A stretch of DNA of 64,000 nt from an uncultured bacterium (GCA_903824855.1 CAIJYI010000043.1:177-64176); one strand, 5' to 3'. Shown: positions 21,052-31,892, numbered from the stretch's first letter. Notes: generated by a model from the letters alone, not told the origin. Made by a program: numbers and translations.

Positions 21052-21906
21052 ATGTCATTTCATAAACATAAAAAAGTCGGTCTTGCTCTCGGTTCGGGTT
21101 CCGCCCGCGGATTTGCTCATATCGGCGTTATAAAAGTTCTTGAAAAAAATAATATTCCGATTGATTACATTGCCGGTTCCAGTATTGGTGCACTTGTCGG
21201 CGGATTATACGCAGCAACGAAAGATATCGCTTACATTGAAAAACTCGCCTTAGACACCGACTGGTTGCAATTGGTTAAACTCGCTGATCCGTCATTTGGA
21301 AGCGGTTTTATTGCTGGGGAAAAAGTAAAACAATATATTCGTGATGCTCTTCGTGGCACAACTTTTTCTACTCTCAAAATTCCTTTTTCCGTCGTCGCTA
21401 CCGATATTATCGCAGGTGAACCCGTTATCTTTCATGAAGGAGATCTTGCCGAAGTTATACGGGCGAGTATCTCAATTCCTTTCATTTTTCATACCGTCCC
21501 CGATGGTGAAAAAATATTATGCGACGGCGCGCTTTCCATGCCGGTCCCTGTTCCTGTGGCTCTTCAAATGGGAGCGGATTATGTTATTGCGGTTGATCTT
21601 GATTCCGGATATTTCAAACAAGGTCATCCAAAACCAAAAGACAATTTGATGGATATGGGAAATAATGTGGTCATGTTGCTTTCCTCTCATCTCGCAAAAG
21701 AAAATATGAAGAAAGCTGATTTGATATTAACTCCATCTTTGGGTGATGTTGAATGGAAATCTTTCGGTTCCAGAAAAGCTACCGCCGATCTCATTGCTCG
21801 CGGAGAAAAAACAATGGAAGAAGCTCTCCCTCGATACTTTGAAAGTATTAAGCCGAAGAGTATTATCGTCCGCGTTAAAGAATATTTGACTCAACCTTTG
21901 CCTTAA
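21052..21906 (+). CDS. Patatin-like phospholipase
   Basis: GSGSARG, GSSIG and DGA. Confidence 0.93.
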   Translation: MSFHKHKKVGLALGSGSARGFAHIGVIKVLEKNNIPIDYIAGSSIGALVGGLYAATKDIAYIEKLALDTDWLQLVKLADPSFGSGFIAGEKVKQYIRDALRGTTFSTLKIPFSVVATDIIAGEPVIFHEGDLAEVIRASISIPFIFHTVPDGEKILCDGALSMPVPVPVALQMGADYVIAVDLDSGYFKQGHPKPKDNLMDMGNNVVMLLSSHLAKENMKKADLILTPSLGDVEWKSFGSRKATADLIARGEKTMEEALPRYFESIKPKSIIVRVKEYLTQPLP

Positions 21907-21957
21907 AAAAAGCCCACACGAATGTGGGCTTTTTATGTTCTCAAAATATTTGAAAGC

Positions 21958-22518
21958 TTATTCTCCTTTCGCCAAAATGGTTTCAAAAAAACCTTCTCCG
22001 TTGTGTTTTATTTTTCTGACATTTGGAATAGGGAAAATTTCTCCCTGCATAACGATATAAACTCCCGGCGGTAGAGTCTGGCAGGCGATAATGGCGCCGC
22101 CTAAATTAAAAGGGGCATCAGAATCGGGCGCCTTATTCGGGCGCATGGCTCCGGTTAAAACAATGGTTTTATTTTTTATTTTTTCTGAGAGAAGTTCTCC
22201 TGTTTTTGCCATCGTGTCTGTGCCGTGTGTAATCAAAATTCTTTCTCGTGTATCCATAAGGCAAACATCAAGAATCCTTTGTCGGTCTTCATCTGTCATT
22301 TCAAGGCTGTCTTTTTGAGGAAGGATGAAAATATCGGCATCGTCGTTTTTAATTGGCTCGGAGGGAGAGATATCAAGATTTCGCACGCGACCTGTTTTTA
22401 AAATATTTTTTACCGCCGGTTCGCCAAATTCCAAAACCTTACCTTCAGCAAAATCGTATTTTTCCGCATCAATCGTTCCGCCGACGGCAATAATTCTCAT
22501 TGAGTTAATCGGGTTCAT
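21958..22518 (-). CDS. Asparaginase-domain protein, short form
   Basis: GGTI, THGTDTM and VLTGAMRP. Confidence 0.9.
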   Translation of the reverse strand: MNPINSMRIIAVGGTIDAEKYDFAEGKVLEFGEPAVKNILKTGRVRNLDISPSEPIKNDDADIFILPQKDSLEMTDEDRQRILDVCLMDTRERILITHGTDTMAKTGELLSEKIKNKTIVLTGAMRPNKAPDSDAPFNLGGAIIACQTLPPGVYIVMQGEIFPIPNVRKIKHNGEGFFETILAKGE

Positions 22519-22526
22519 AGAAATTA

Positions 22527-23177
22527 TTATTTAACATCCGTTCCAAATTTTTTAAAAAGAAAATAGGAATAGATGGTGGTGAAAATTGAGGAAAAAATAA
22601 TCGGCACAATAACAAACCATATTGTGTATTGAGGAAGAAGTAGTCCGATGACGGCCAAGATTCCCGAGTAAACAAAAAGTTTACCGCCGATCTTGTGTGT
22701 TTCGTCCCAGACACGAACACTGGCGAGAGTCCAAGGTGTGCGGAACCCCATGAACCAATTTTGTTTCATTTTTGGCATTGCAATTCCGAGTAATAACCAA
22801 AGGAGTGCCATTGGCGGAACAATCATCACGGTCATATTAAAGGTGAAGCCAAGATTCCAGAAAACGGTGAGCAGATGAATGTAAAAGAGAAAAATAGTAA
22901 CGCCGGCAATTATTGAGTTGTACGATTTTTGAAATAAAGCGATGTTTGCCTTGAGCGGGTCAATCTTCGGAAGAAGAATTAGTAGGGAAGAAATAAAAAT
23001 CATGATGATAGGCATCAGGAAAAGTCCCCAGAATTTTGGCATATAGCCGTTTACTTCGCCGTTCGCTCCCCAGTGCGACGCAATATTTTCGGGGAATTGA
23101 GGATAGAAATAAAAGCCGATAAGAAAAGATGCTACCGTGATTATTCCGATTAACCAATATGTTTGTTTTGTATTCAT
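22527..23177 (-). CDS. SdpI/DUF1648 family membrane protein
   Basis: PENIASHW...GEVNG and NWFMGFRTPWTL...W...H. Start at ATG 23177. Confidence 0.88.
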   Translation of the reverse strand: MNTKQTYWLIGIITVASFLIGFYFYPQFPENIASHWGANGEVNGYMPKFWGLFLMPIIMIFISSLLILLPKIDPLKANIALFQKSYNSIIAGVTIFLFYIHLLTVFWNLGFTFNMTVMIVPPMALLWLLLGIAMPKMKQNWFMGFRTPWTLASVRVWDETHKIGGKLFVYSGILAVIGLLLPQYTIWFVIVPIIFSSIFTTIYSYFLFKKFGTDVK

Positions 23178-23250
23178 AAATATAGAGTACAACAAATTTT
23201 CAGGACTTGTCAATATAATATTATTTTGCAGAGAGTGGTAGAATAGCCAA

Positions 23251-23850
23251 ATGGCATACATCATTGCAGGGCTCGGAAATCCGGGCGAAGAATATTTAAA
23301 TACCAGACACAATACCGGACGCATTATGATCGAACACTTTCGTGAAGCGTTTGATTTTCCTGAATGGAAAGAAGATAAGAAATTGAAAGTTCTTGTTTCG
23401 AAAGGAAAAGTCGGAGAGGAGAGCGTGACGCTTCTCGAGCCGAATAACTTTATGAATAATTCCGGCAAGCAAGTTCTTCCGTTTGTGAAGAGCAAAAAAG
23501 CGGCGGAAAAAACAGTGGTTATTTATGATGATATTGACCTGCCTTTGGGGACGGTGAAAATTTCCTACAATCGAAGTTCCGGTGGACATAACGGTATCGG
23601 TTCTATTATTAAATGTTTGAAGACGCAAGAATTTATTCGTGTGCGCATCGGCGTTTCAAAAGTAGGTGCGAAAGGTCTGGCGAAAAAACCAAAAGGAGAA
23701 GATGCTGTTTTGAAATTCCTCCTCGGAGAATTTAAAAAAGACGAAATGCTGGAATTAAAGAAGATAGAGAAACGAGCCGGTGAAGCGTTAGCCATGATAG
23801 TAACTTCCGGAAGAGAAAAAGCCATGGGAGAAATCAACCGTCTTTCCTAA
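23251..23850 (+). CDS. pth: Peptidyl-tRNA hydrolase
   Basis: GLGNPG, TRHN, FMNNSG and GGHNG. Confidence 0.96.
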   Translation: MAYIIAGLGNPGEEYLNTRHNTGRIMIEHFREAFDFPEWKEDKKLKVLVSKGKVGEESVTLLEPNNFMNNSGKQVLPFVKSKKAAEKTVVIYDDIDLPLGTVKISYNRSSGGHNGIGSIIKCLKTQEFIRVRIGVSKVGAKGLAKKPKGEDAVLKFLLGEFKKDEMLELKKIEKRAGEALAMIVTSGREKAMGEINRLS

Positions 23851-23870
23851 GAGGTTCAACCTCCGGGACA
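23849..23870. repeat. REP-like palindrome (AGGTTGAACCT type)
   Basis: Its reverse complement matches 37368-37389 at 21 of 22 nt. Confidence 0.6.
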
Positions 23871-24076
23871 GAATATAAATATGTGTTGTAATAAAAAGAA
23901 GTCCCGCGGAGATAGCGGGACTTTTTGGTTAAAAAACTTCTTTTTTTAATTCGGAAAATTTTTTTTCCGCTATCATTAAGGAACTGTTGTAATTAAACTT
24001 GATTTAATATATCATAAGAAACAGATTTGTCAATTGATTACTTGAAATAATATTATAACGAGGTATAATCAAAATT

Positions 24077-25711
24077 ATGAAAAAACAAACATATTCGGGT
24101 AATATTGTTGATGTCGTTAAAAATGAAATCTATTCAGGAACGCTCGTTGTTTCTGGCGGGAAGATTACTGAAATTATTCGCGATAAAAAGAAATACAAGA
24201 CCTATTTAATTCCCGGTTTTATTGATTCTCACATTCATACCGAAAGTTCGATGCTTCCGCCTTCTGAATTCGCTCGTGTCGCAGTCTCTCATGGAACGGT
24301 GGCGGTTATGGCTGACCCCCATGAAATTGCGAACGTCCTCGGAATGAAAGGAATGAAATACATGATGGACGACGCTAAAGGTGTGCCGTTCCATTTTTTC
24401 TTTTCCGCTCCTTCTTGTGTTCCTGCGACTACTTTTGAAACGTCGGGCGCCAGTTTAGGTGTTGCTGAAATTGAAGAACTTTGCAAAAATCCGGAAATAA
24501 AATTTCTCGGTGAAATGATGAATTTTTCCGGCGTTATACACGGCGACTCATTAGTGATGGAAAAAATCGCTCTCGCGAAAAGATACGGAAAGCTTGTTGA
24601 TGGTCATTCTCCGGGACTTCGCGGTCCGGATTTGAAAAAATATGTCGGCGCAGGAATTTCCACCGATCATGAAGCGTTCCAAAAAGATGAAGCTCTTGAA
24701 AAACTTTCACTCGGAATGAAAATTCAGATTCGTGAAGGTTCTGCCGTAAAAAATTATGAAGAATTGATTCCGATTGCGGATGAGCATTATGAAAACTGCA
24801 TGCTTTGTTCTGACGACAAACATCCTGATGATTTGGTTAAGAGCCACATCAATGAGCTTGTCGTACGTTCTGTGAAAAAGGGCATTGATGTCATGAAGGT
24901 TCTTCGTATGGCATCGGTTAATCCAATCATGCATTATGGGCTTCCTGTCGGTTTGCTTGGTTTAGGCGACGGTGCTGATTTCATTGAAGTTTCCGATTTG
25001 AAAAAGTTTTCTGTTTTGAAAACGGTTATCGGAGGTGTTGTTGTTGCAAAGAACGGAAAAAGTGCACTCAAAAAGAAACCGGCGAAGCTCGTGAATAATT
25101 TTCACGCAACGGCGAAAAAAGTTTCAGACTTTGCCGTTCCTTCGTTTGAGGGTGAAATGAAAGTTATTGAAGCGACTGACGGTTCACTCATTACCAAGAA
25201 AATTCTTGCGACTCCAAAAATTGAGAAGGGAAATATCATTTCCGATACAAAAAATGATGTCCTCAAAATGGCGGTGGTGAATCGATACAAAAATGAAAAA
25301 CCAGCCGTGGCTTTTATTAAAAACTTCGGTTTGAAAAAAGGCGCTATTGCAAGCTCGGTGGCTCACGATTCTCATAATATCGTTGCCGTAGGAACAACTG
25401 ATCAGGAAATTTGCGATGCCGTAAATTTGATTATTAAAAATAAAGGTGGCGTTTGCGCCGTACAAAAAGGGAAGACAAGTGAAGTCTTGCCTCTTCCGAT
25501 TGCCGGTCTTATGAGCGATGACCGATTTGATATCGTTGCCAAGAAATATACAAAAATCGATAAACTCGCCAAGACTTTCGGTTCCAAACTTCACGCGCCG
25601 TTTATGACCCTTTCCTTTATGGCACTTTTGGTTATTCCTGAAATAAAACTTTCCGACAAAGGACTCTTCGACGGAACAACTTTCCAATTCACAAACGTTT
25701 CAGAAAAATAA
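24077..25711 (+). CDS. ade: Adenine deaminase
   Basis: PGFIDSHIHTESS, DPHEIANV, DGHSP and VAHDSHN. Confidence 0.95.
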   Translation: MKKQTYSGNIVDVVKNEIYSGTLVVSGGKITEIIRDKKKYKTYLIPGFIDSHIHTESSMLPPSEFARVAVSHGTVAVMADPHEIANVLGMKGMKYMMDDAKGVPFHFFFSAPSCVPATTFETSGASLGVAEIEELCKNPEIKFLGEMMNFSGVIHGDSLVMEKIALAKRYGKLVDGHSPGLRGPDLKKYVGAGISTDHEAFQKDEALEKLSLGMKIQIREGSAVKNYEELIPIADEHYENCMLCSDDKHPDDLVKSHINELVVRSVKKGIDVMKVLRMASVNPIMHYGLPVGLLGLGDGADFIEVSDLKKFSVLKTVIGGVVVAKNGKSALKKKPAKLVNNFHATAKKVSDFAVPSFEGEMKVIEATDGSLITKKILATPKIEKGNIISDTKNDVLKMAVVNRYKNEKPAVAFIKNFGLKKGAIASSVAHDSHNIVAVGTTDQEICDAVNLIIKNKGGVCAVQKGKTSEVLPLPIAGLMSDDRFDIVAKKYTKIDKLAKTFGSKLHAPFMTLSFMALLVIPEIKLSDKGLFDGTTFQFTNVSEK

Positions 25712-25794
25712 TCATTGTCTGCAAAAACCATCAAAAAGCCCCCACGTAATGCGGGGGGCTTTTTTTATTTCGTCGGTAGCTAAAAGCTTCGTTC

Positions 25795-27000
25795 CTATTC
25801 AGCTTTTTTTGCAGGGGCTACTTTGTAGGATAATGCCATTTTCTGATCTTTTGGATCGAAGTGGGTTATCTTGAAAGTGTAGGTTTTTCCGAGCTCGAGA
25901 GAATTTTTGAGGTTCTCTTCAGTGCCGAATTCAGAGAGATGGACTAATCCTGCGACTCCTTCTTCGATGCTGGCGAGTGCTCCGTATTTGTTGTATTTGA
26001 TGATAACTCCTTTTACGTCATCGCCTTTTTTGTAAGTATCTTTCGCGTTGATCCAAGGATTTGCGCGGAGAGCCTTGATGGAGAGGGAAATCTTTCCTCC
26101 TGAAATTTCAATGATTTTTGCTTTAACTTTTTCTCCAACTTTGAAGAGTTTGCGTGGGTCTTCAACGAGTCCCCAATCGAGTTCGCTGATGTGAACGAGT
26201 CCTTCCAATCCTTCTTCAATCTTTACAAAAACTCCGAAGTCAACGATACCGGTGATTTCGCCTTCGACCTCATTGCCGACGACATATTTTTCAACGATAA
26301 CTTCTCGTTCTTTCTGGTCGTTTCCTTTTTCAGTGAAGATGAGTTTTCCTTCTTTTGGTACAGCGGTCAAGATGGTGACGGAAATTTTCTGGCCGATAAG
26401 GCGTTTCAATTCCTCCATAATTTTGACTTTGTCGCCGTCTTCTACTCGAGGATAGTGTTCAGGTCCGAGTTGTGAAGCAGGGAGAAATCCTTGCAAACCT
26501 TTCCAGTCAATAATAAGACCTCCTTTGTTTGCTTCTTTTACTAATACCTTGAGAATAGTTTTGTTTTTCAAAAGAGCTTCAGCTTCGTTCCAGATAATTG
26601 CCTGGTGAGCTTCTTTTAATGAGAGTTCGATATATCCGTCTTCGTTTTCCCTCTCTAAGATTTTTGCGGTAATGGTGTCTCCGATATTAACCTTTCGGAT
26701 AATGTCGCGAGTCATCATGAATTCACGTCCGAATATAATACCGGTACCAAACGGTGCCAAGTCTACATAAAGGGAAGTCTTTTCAATTCCGATAACCGGT
26801 CCTTCAACGATATCTCCTTCTTCAGGATATCTCGTGAGTTTTTCCGTAAATTTCTCCATAACCTCGGAAACGGTTTCCGGTGTTGCGAGAGCTAACTTTT
26901 CACTGGAGCTCTGGGCTTTTTTGCCTTCGCTCGCAGGTACTACCTTAACCGCTTCTTCTTCAGCTGCGATTTCGGTGACGATGGTGTCTGTGTCTGCCAT
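25795..27000 (-). CDS. rpsA: 30S ribosomal protein S1 (four S1 domains)
   Basis: GFLPASQL, FGVFV...EGLVHISEL and GLVHLSE. Start at ATG 27000. Confidence 0.9.
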   Translation of the reverse strand: MADTDTIVTEIAAEEEAVKVVPASEGKKAQSSSEKLALATPETVSEVMEKFTEKLTRYPEEGDIVEGPVIGIEKTSLYVDLAPFGTGIIFGREFMMTRDIIRKVNIGDTITAKILERENEDGYIELSLKEAHQAIIWNEAEALLKNKTILKVLVKEANKGGLIIDWKGLQGFLPASQLGPEHYPRVEDGDKVKIMEELKRLIGQKISVTILTAVPKEGKLIFTEKGNDQKEREVIVEKYVVGNEVEGEITGIVDFGVFVKIEEGLEGLVHISELDWGLVEDPRKLFKVGEKVKAKIIEISGGKISLSIKALRANPWINAKDTYKKGDDVKGVIIKYNKYGALASIEEGVAGLVHLSEFGTEENLKNSLELGKTYTFKITHFDPKDQKMALSYKVAPAKKAE

Positions 27001-27271
27001 AATATTAAATGTTCTTAAGGTGGCTACCGATTTCACGTGTGAAATTTCTCACGTGGGAAGGGGTAGGATTACGCCCGAAGAATTTGTTAAAAATATTGCA
27101 AAATGGGCAAAATTTGCTCGTTTGCAACAGTAAGAATAAGTATACCTATTTTATAGAAAATGTACAGTGCGGAACAAGGTTTTAGCTTTTAGCTGATAGC
27201 TTTTAGGTTTGGCACCTTCGGCGCCTGGTGCGATAATAAAAAACCCCGACTTAGCATCAGGGTTTGGTTTA

Positions 27272-27634
27272 TTATTTTTTCTCTTCAACCGGCAAAGGAT
27301 AGAATTCTTCCATGGCTTCTTCGAGTTCTGCGGCGCTGGTGAATACCGGTCCGCCACCCATCATTACTGCCATTTCAAAAACGTTCAAAATCTCTTCGCG
27401 GGTAACACCGAGTTTTTTGCAACTCTTCATATGATAGAGCAAGCAACCGTTACACCGTACGGCGAGAGCAATACCCAAGGCTACCAATTCTTTTGTTTTA
27501 GCAGAAAGAGCGTCGTCTTTCTTGGCTTGTGCTGAAAATTGTAGATAGGCGGTGATAGAGTCGGGAAGGTTTTTCTTTGCAAATGCATACCCTTTGTTGA
27601 TTCTGTTTATTTTCTCTTGAACTGCGCTTGTCAT
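27272..27634 (-). CDS. Carboxymuconolactone decarboxylase/AhpD family protein
   Basis: LSAKTKELVALGIA...CNGCLLYH...MGGGP; AGAGGAG SD. Confidence 0.9.
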   Translation of the reverse strand: MTSAVQEKINRINKGYAFAKKNLPDSITAYLQFSAQAKKDDALSAKTKELVALGIALAVRCNGCLLYHMKSCKKLGVTREEILNVFEMAVMMGGGPVFTSAAELEEAMEEFYPLPVEEKK

Positions 27635-27793
27635 TGGCGTATCTCCTCTGTTGTGTTTGGAACCTAACCGCAGATACTGTATCACGAGAAAAAGTGTCTG
27701 TCTATAGAAAAAAGCGTTCAGGACTTGCATTTTTTTTGAAAGTATGTTATTATCAGATTCTATTAGATACTAGATAAACATATCGCAATATAT

Positions 27794-28381
27794 ATGGGTA
27801 ATTTTAACAGAGGCGACCGTGGCGGAGATCGCGGTGATCGCGGAGGGGATAGAGGAGGAGACAGAGGAGGTTTTCGCAAATCAGGCGGAAATTTCGGACG
27901 ACCGGACTTCCAGAAGAGAAGTTTCGGCGGAAATAGTGGACAAATGCATCAAGCAATCTGTGCTGAATGCAATAAGCCTTGTGAAGTACCATTTCTTCCT
28001 AAAGACGGAAGACCTGTATACTGTTCCGATTGTTTCGGAAAGAAAGGCGGAAGAGACGGAGGTGAAAGAAGCGACAGAGGCGGAAGAGATTTCGCTCCAC
28101 GTTCTTTCCAAAAACCGGCTTTTGAACAGCCTCGCACGGATGGAGACACCAAGAGACGCTTGGAGTCAATCGAGTACAAACTCGACAAAGTTATCCACGC
28201 TGTAGATATGTTACTTGGAGCAAAACTTCCTGCCGTTACTAAAGCGGTAGAAGTAAAAGCAAAAGACGCGGCAAAAATCAAAGAAGAATTGACCGCCGTC
28301 GTTAAAAAAGTTTCAAAAGAAGCAGTGAAAGAAACGAAAACAGCAAAGCCTGCGGCAAAAAAAGCCAAAGCTAAAAAATAA
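27794..28381 (+). CDS. RGG-rich CxxC-x17-CxxC zinc-ribbon protein
   Basis: GGDR repeats, CAEC...VPF.P...RPVYCSDC and a Lys/Ala tail. Confidence 0.85.
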   Translation: MGNFNRGDRGGDRGDRGGDRGGDRGGFRKSGGNFGRPDFQKRSFGGNSGQMHQAICAECNKPCEVPFLPKDGRPVYCSDCFGKKGGRDGGERSDRGGRDFAPRSFQKPAFEQPRTDGDTKRRLESIEYKLDKVIHAVDMLLGAKLPAVTKAVEVKAKDAAKIKEELTAVVKKVSKEAVKETKTAKPAAKKAKAKK

Positions 28382-28526
28382 GAAATAAATCACTTATAAA
28401 AAAATATCTCCGAGCTTTACCGCTCGGAGATATTTTTTTGATTACAGGCCTCTCCTTCGCCGGGGTGACGGGTGTAATCAATTACGATAATTGGTGATAT
28501 ACTATATAAATATAAAAATAAAAAAA

Positions 28527-31500
28527 ATGCCAAGCTTAACAAAATTCGATGAATCGTTCGCGAAGCTTAATCCAAGCCAGAGAAAGGCCGTAGATACAAT
28601 TGATGGGCCGGTGATGGTGGTTGCGGGTCCCGGATCGGGGAAGACGGAAATTCTTTCGCTTCGGGTGGCGAATATTTTGCGACGTACCGATATGTCGCCG
28701 GGAAATATTTTGTGTCTCACTTTTACCGATGCCGCGAGCGTAAATATGCGCAAGCGTTTGGTGGGAATGATTGGTAATAATGCGTATCGTGTTTCTATCA
28801 ATACCTTCCATTCATTCGGCGTGGAAATCATCAACTCATATCCTGAATATTTTTTCGGCGGGGCGTCTCTTTTGCCCGCCGACCAATTAGCCACCATTCG
28901 CATTTTGGAAAATATTTTTTCCGAACTTCCTCATGATAATCCGCTCTCGTCAGTTTTTGATGATTCTTATACCTATCTGAAAGATGTAAAAAGCGCCATC
29001 GGTCATTTGAAAAAAGGAGGGCTTGATCCGGAGGAGTTCAGAGTCATCCTTATAGAAAATGCCAAATTTATTGCCTATGCCAACCCGATACTTTCTCCTG
29101 TTATTTCGGAACGGATTTCGAAAAAAATGTTTCCTGAAATAGAGGCGCTCCTTCCTGAATTACGAAAATATAAAACGGAAAATCTTGAGATGATTCACCC
29201 CTTGCAAAATCTTGTCATTGAATCTCTCAGCCGCGCTGTGAACGAATCAGAAACAGAAGATTCTACTAAACCTTTATCTGAGTGGAAAAAAGAATGGACT
29301 GAAAAAAACGATGACGGACAAACGGTTTTGAAAGGTACAGCAGGACAGATTAAACTTTCCGCGCTCGCGGATGTCTATCAAAAATATCAGGAAGCAATGC
29401 GCAAAGAAGGATATTACGATTTTGACGACATGATTTTGGATGTGATTCATTCGCTCGCAAAAAATGCTTCGCTTCGTTATGAATTACAAGAACGGTATCA
29501 GTATCTTCTCGTTGACGAATTCCAAGACACGAATGATGCCCAGATGAGGCTCATTCGGCTCCTCACAGACGCAGCGGTGAACGAAGGTCGTCCGAATATT
29601 ATGGTGGTGGGAGATGATGATCAGGCGATTTATAAATTCCAAGGTGCTGATATTTCCAACATTCTTTCCTTTAAAGAAATGTATCGCGATCCGATTATCA
29701 TTACGATGACCGATAACTATCGCTCAACACAAAAAATTCTTGATCTCGCTCGGCACATCATTTTGAAAGGTGACGAAAGATTGGAAAACAGGATTCCTGA
29801 AATGGTGAAAGACCTTCGCGCGGGGAATAAAAATATTCCTGAAGGAAACATTGTTCGAAAAAGTTTTCGTACCCGTTTGGACGAGTTTAATTTTATTGCG
29901 AAGGAGATAAAGAAAATAATCACTGAAGGAAAAAATCCTAACGACATTGCCGTCATCTGCCGAAAACACAGCGAGCTTGAAGGTATGGTTCCTTTTCTTA
30001 ATAAACACGGAATTCCTGTAAGATACGATCGAAAGCAAAACGTTTTTCATGAACCGCACGTCAGAGAGCTTATTATTCTTTCACGTTTTATCTCATCACT
30101 CGGAAGAAAAAATGCGGATGAAGCAGACGAATATCTCCCTGAAATTATTGCATTTCCGTTTTGGGGAATACCAAGAAAAATCGCCTGGGAAATTTCTCGT
30201 GATTCCAAACGCGGACGGTGGCTTGACGCGATGACCTCGCACGAAAATATAAAAGTAAAACAGGTTGCAGAATTTCTCATCAATCTCGGTGAACGTTCCA
30301 AAAACGAAACCCTTGAACAAATATTGGACGACCTCATGGGAAGTGATATTGTTTCCGTTGCTTTCACGGAAGACGAGGTTCCTCTGGTACCGAAAACATC
30401 TTCCTTTGGTTTTGTTTCTCCCTTCAAAGAATATTATTTCAGTCCCGAAAAATTCAAAGCCGACAAGTCAGAATTTCTTTTGTTTCTTTCTTCGCTCCGT
30501 GTCTTCGTCGATTCTCTTCGCGAATATAAACAAGGCTCCATGTTGCACATCGATGACCTTGTGGAATTTGTTGATTTACACGAGTCAAATAAAATTGCCG
30601 TTTTGGATGTCAGCCCATTTGTTTCCGGAAATGAATCTGTAACACTTCTCTCTGCTCACGGCGCGAAAGGTTTGGAATATGATACCGTTTTCACTATTTC
30701 TTGCCAGAATGATATGTGGGCAGGTCGAGGAATGTCGTCAAAACTTCCTTTTCCAAAAAACCTCGCACTCTCACCGGCGGGAGACACAACCGACGACCAG
30801 CTTCGCTTGTTTTACGTAGCACTCACACGTGCAAAAAGTCATTTGTATATAACATCTTATGAAATAAAAGAAGACGGAAAAGAATCTCTCCCTTTGGAGT
30901 TTTTGACGATTCCCGATGACGGCGAAAGTTCTGAAGAGGTAAGAAACATGCTTGCGGTGGAAAATCACGAAGAAGAAGACAGTGAAGAAAAGGAAAAGAC
31001 TTTGCTCTTTGAAGCGTGGAAATCATTTTTGGCGCCACCCTTTATCGCCGATGAACAGGCACTTCTACATTCAATCCTTGATGATTACCAAATGAGCGTC
31101 ACTCATTTCAATAATTTCCTCGATGTTCTTCATGGTGGCCCGGAGAAATTCCTGGAGCATAATCTCCTCCGTTTTCCCGAGGCGAAAAGTCCTTCGGGCG
31201 CATTTGGTTCCTCCATTCATAGCACTCTTGAAAAGATTTATACATTCCTCAAACGCGAAGGGAATGTTCCCGATGAGAAAACTATTCTGTCGTGGTTTGA
31301 AGATGAGCTGAAATTCGCGCGACTCTCAAAAAATGATTTCGCTTTCTTCTTAAAAAAAGGAAAAGATGCTCTCACTATTTATCTGAAAGAAAAAGCAGGC
31401 ACATTTGATCCGCTCCATAAGATTGAAGTTGATTTCAAAAGTCAGGGTGTCGTGATTGGTGACGCGAGACTTACCGGAAAGATTGATAAAATGATTCCGG

Positions 31501-31892
31501 AATCAGATGGAAAGTTTTTGGTGGTAGATTTGAAGACAGGAAAATCGTTTGATGAATGGGAAGGAAAAAGTCCTGAGGAAAAAGTGAAAATGTATAAATA
31601 TCGCCGACAGTTGGTATTTTATAAAATTTTGGTGGAGAATTCTCGCGACTATGCAAAATACCGAGTAGAAGAGGGAATGTTGGAATTTGTTGAACCTGAT
31701 AAAAAGGGGAAGATTCACGAGCTTGTTGCCGACATTACGGAAGAAGAAACAAACCATACAAAAGCACTCATCGAAGCAGTCTATAAAAAAATTATGACGT
31801 TAGATTTCCCCGATGTAGAGAAATACAGCAAGGATTTACAAGGAATGATTGATTTTGAAAGTGATTTGTTGGAGGAAGGGAAAAGCTTATAG
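28527..31892 (+). CDS. UvrD/PcrA-like SF1 helicase fused to a C-terminal PD-(D/E)xK nuclease
   Basis: AGPGSGKT, VDEFQD, VGDDDQAIY, NYRS, HGAKGLE, YVALTRA and GKIDK...DLKTG. Confidence 0.93.
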   Translation: MPSLTKFDESFAKLNPSQRKAVDTIDGPVMVVAGPGSGKTEILSLRVANILRRTDMSPGNILCLTFTDAASVNMRKRLVGMIGNNAYRVSINTFHSFGVEIINSYPEYFFGGASLLPADQLATIRILENIFSELPHDNPLSSVFDDSYTYLKDVKSAIGHLKKGGLDPEEFRVILIENAKFIAYANPILSPVISERISKKMFPEIEALLPELRKYKTENLEMIHPLQNLVIESLSRAVNESETEDSTKPLSEWKKEWTEKNDDGQTVLKGTAGQIKLSALADVYQKYQEAMRKEGYYDFDDMILDVIHSLAKNASLRYELQERYQYLLVDEFQDTNDAQMRLIRLLTDAAVNEGRPNIMVVGDDDQAIYKFQGADISNILSFKEMYRDPIIITMTDNYRSTQKILDLARHIILKGDERLENRIPEMVKDLRAGNKNIPEGNIVRKSFRTRLDEFNFIAKEIKKIITEGKNPNDIAVICRKHSELEGMVPFLNKHGIPVRYDRKQNVFHEPHVRELIILSRFISSLGRKNADEADEYLPEIIAFPFWGIPRKIAWEISRDSKRGRWLDAMTSHENIKVKQVAEFLINLGERSKNETLEQILDDLMGSDIVSVAFTEDEVPLVPKTSSFGFVSPFKEYYFSPEKFKADKSEFLLFLSSLRVFVDSLREYKQGSMLHIDDLVEFVDLHESNKIAVLDVSPFVSGNESVTLLSAHGAKGLEYDTVFTISCQNDMWAGRGMSSKLPFPKNLALSPAGDTTDDQLRLFYVALTRAKSHLYITSYEIKEDGKESLPLEFLTIPDDGESSEEVRNMLAVENHEEEDSEEKEKTLLFEAWKSFLAPPFIADEQALLHSILDDYQMSVTHFNNFLDVLHGGPEKFLEHNLLRFPEAKSPSGAFGSSIHSTLEKIYTFLKREGNVPDEKTILSWFEDELKFARLSKNDFAFFLKKGKDALTIYLKEKAGTFDPLHKIEVDFKSQGVVIGDARLTGKIDKMIPESDGKFLVVDLKTGKSFDEWEGKSPEEKVKMYKYRRQLVFYKILVENSRDYAKYRVEEGMLEFVEPDKKGKIHELVADITEEETNHTKALIEAVYKKIMTLDFPDVEKYSKDLQGMIDFESDLLEEGKSL

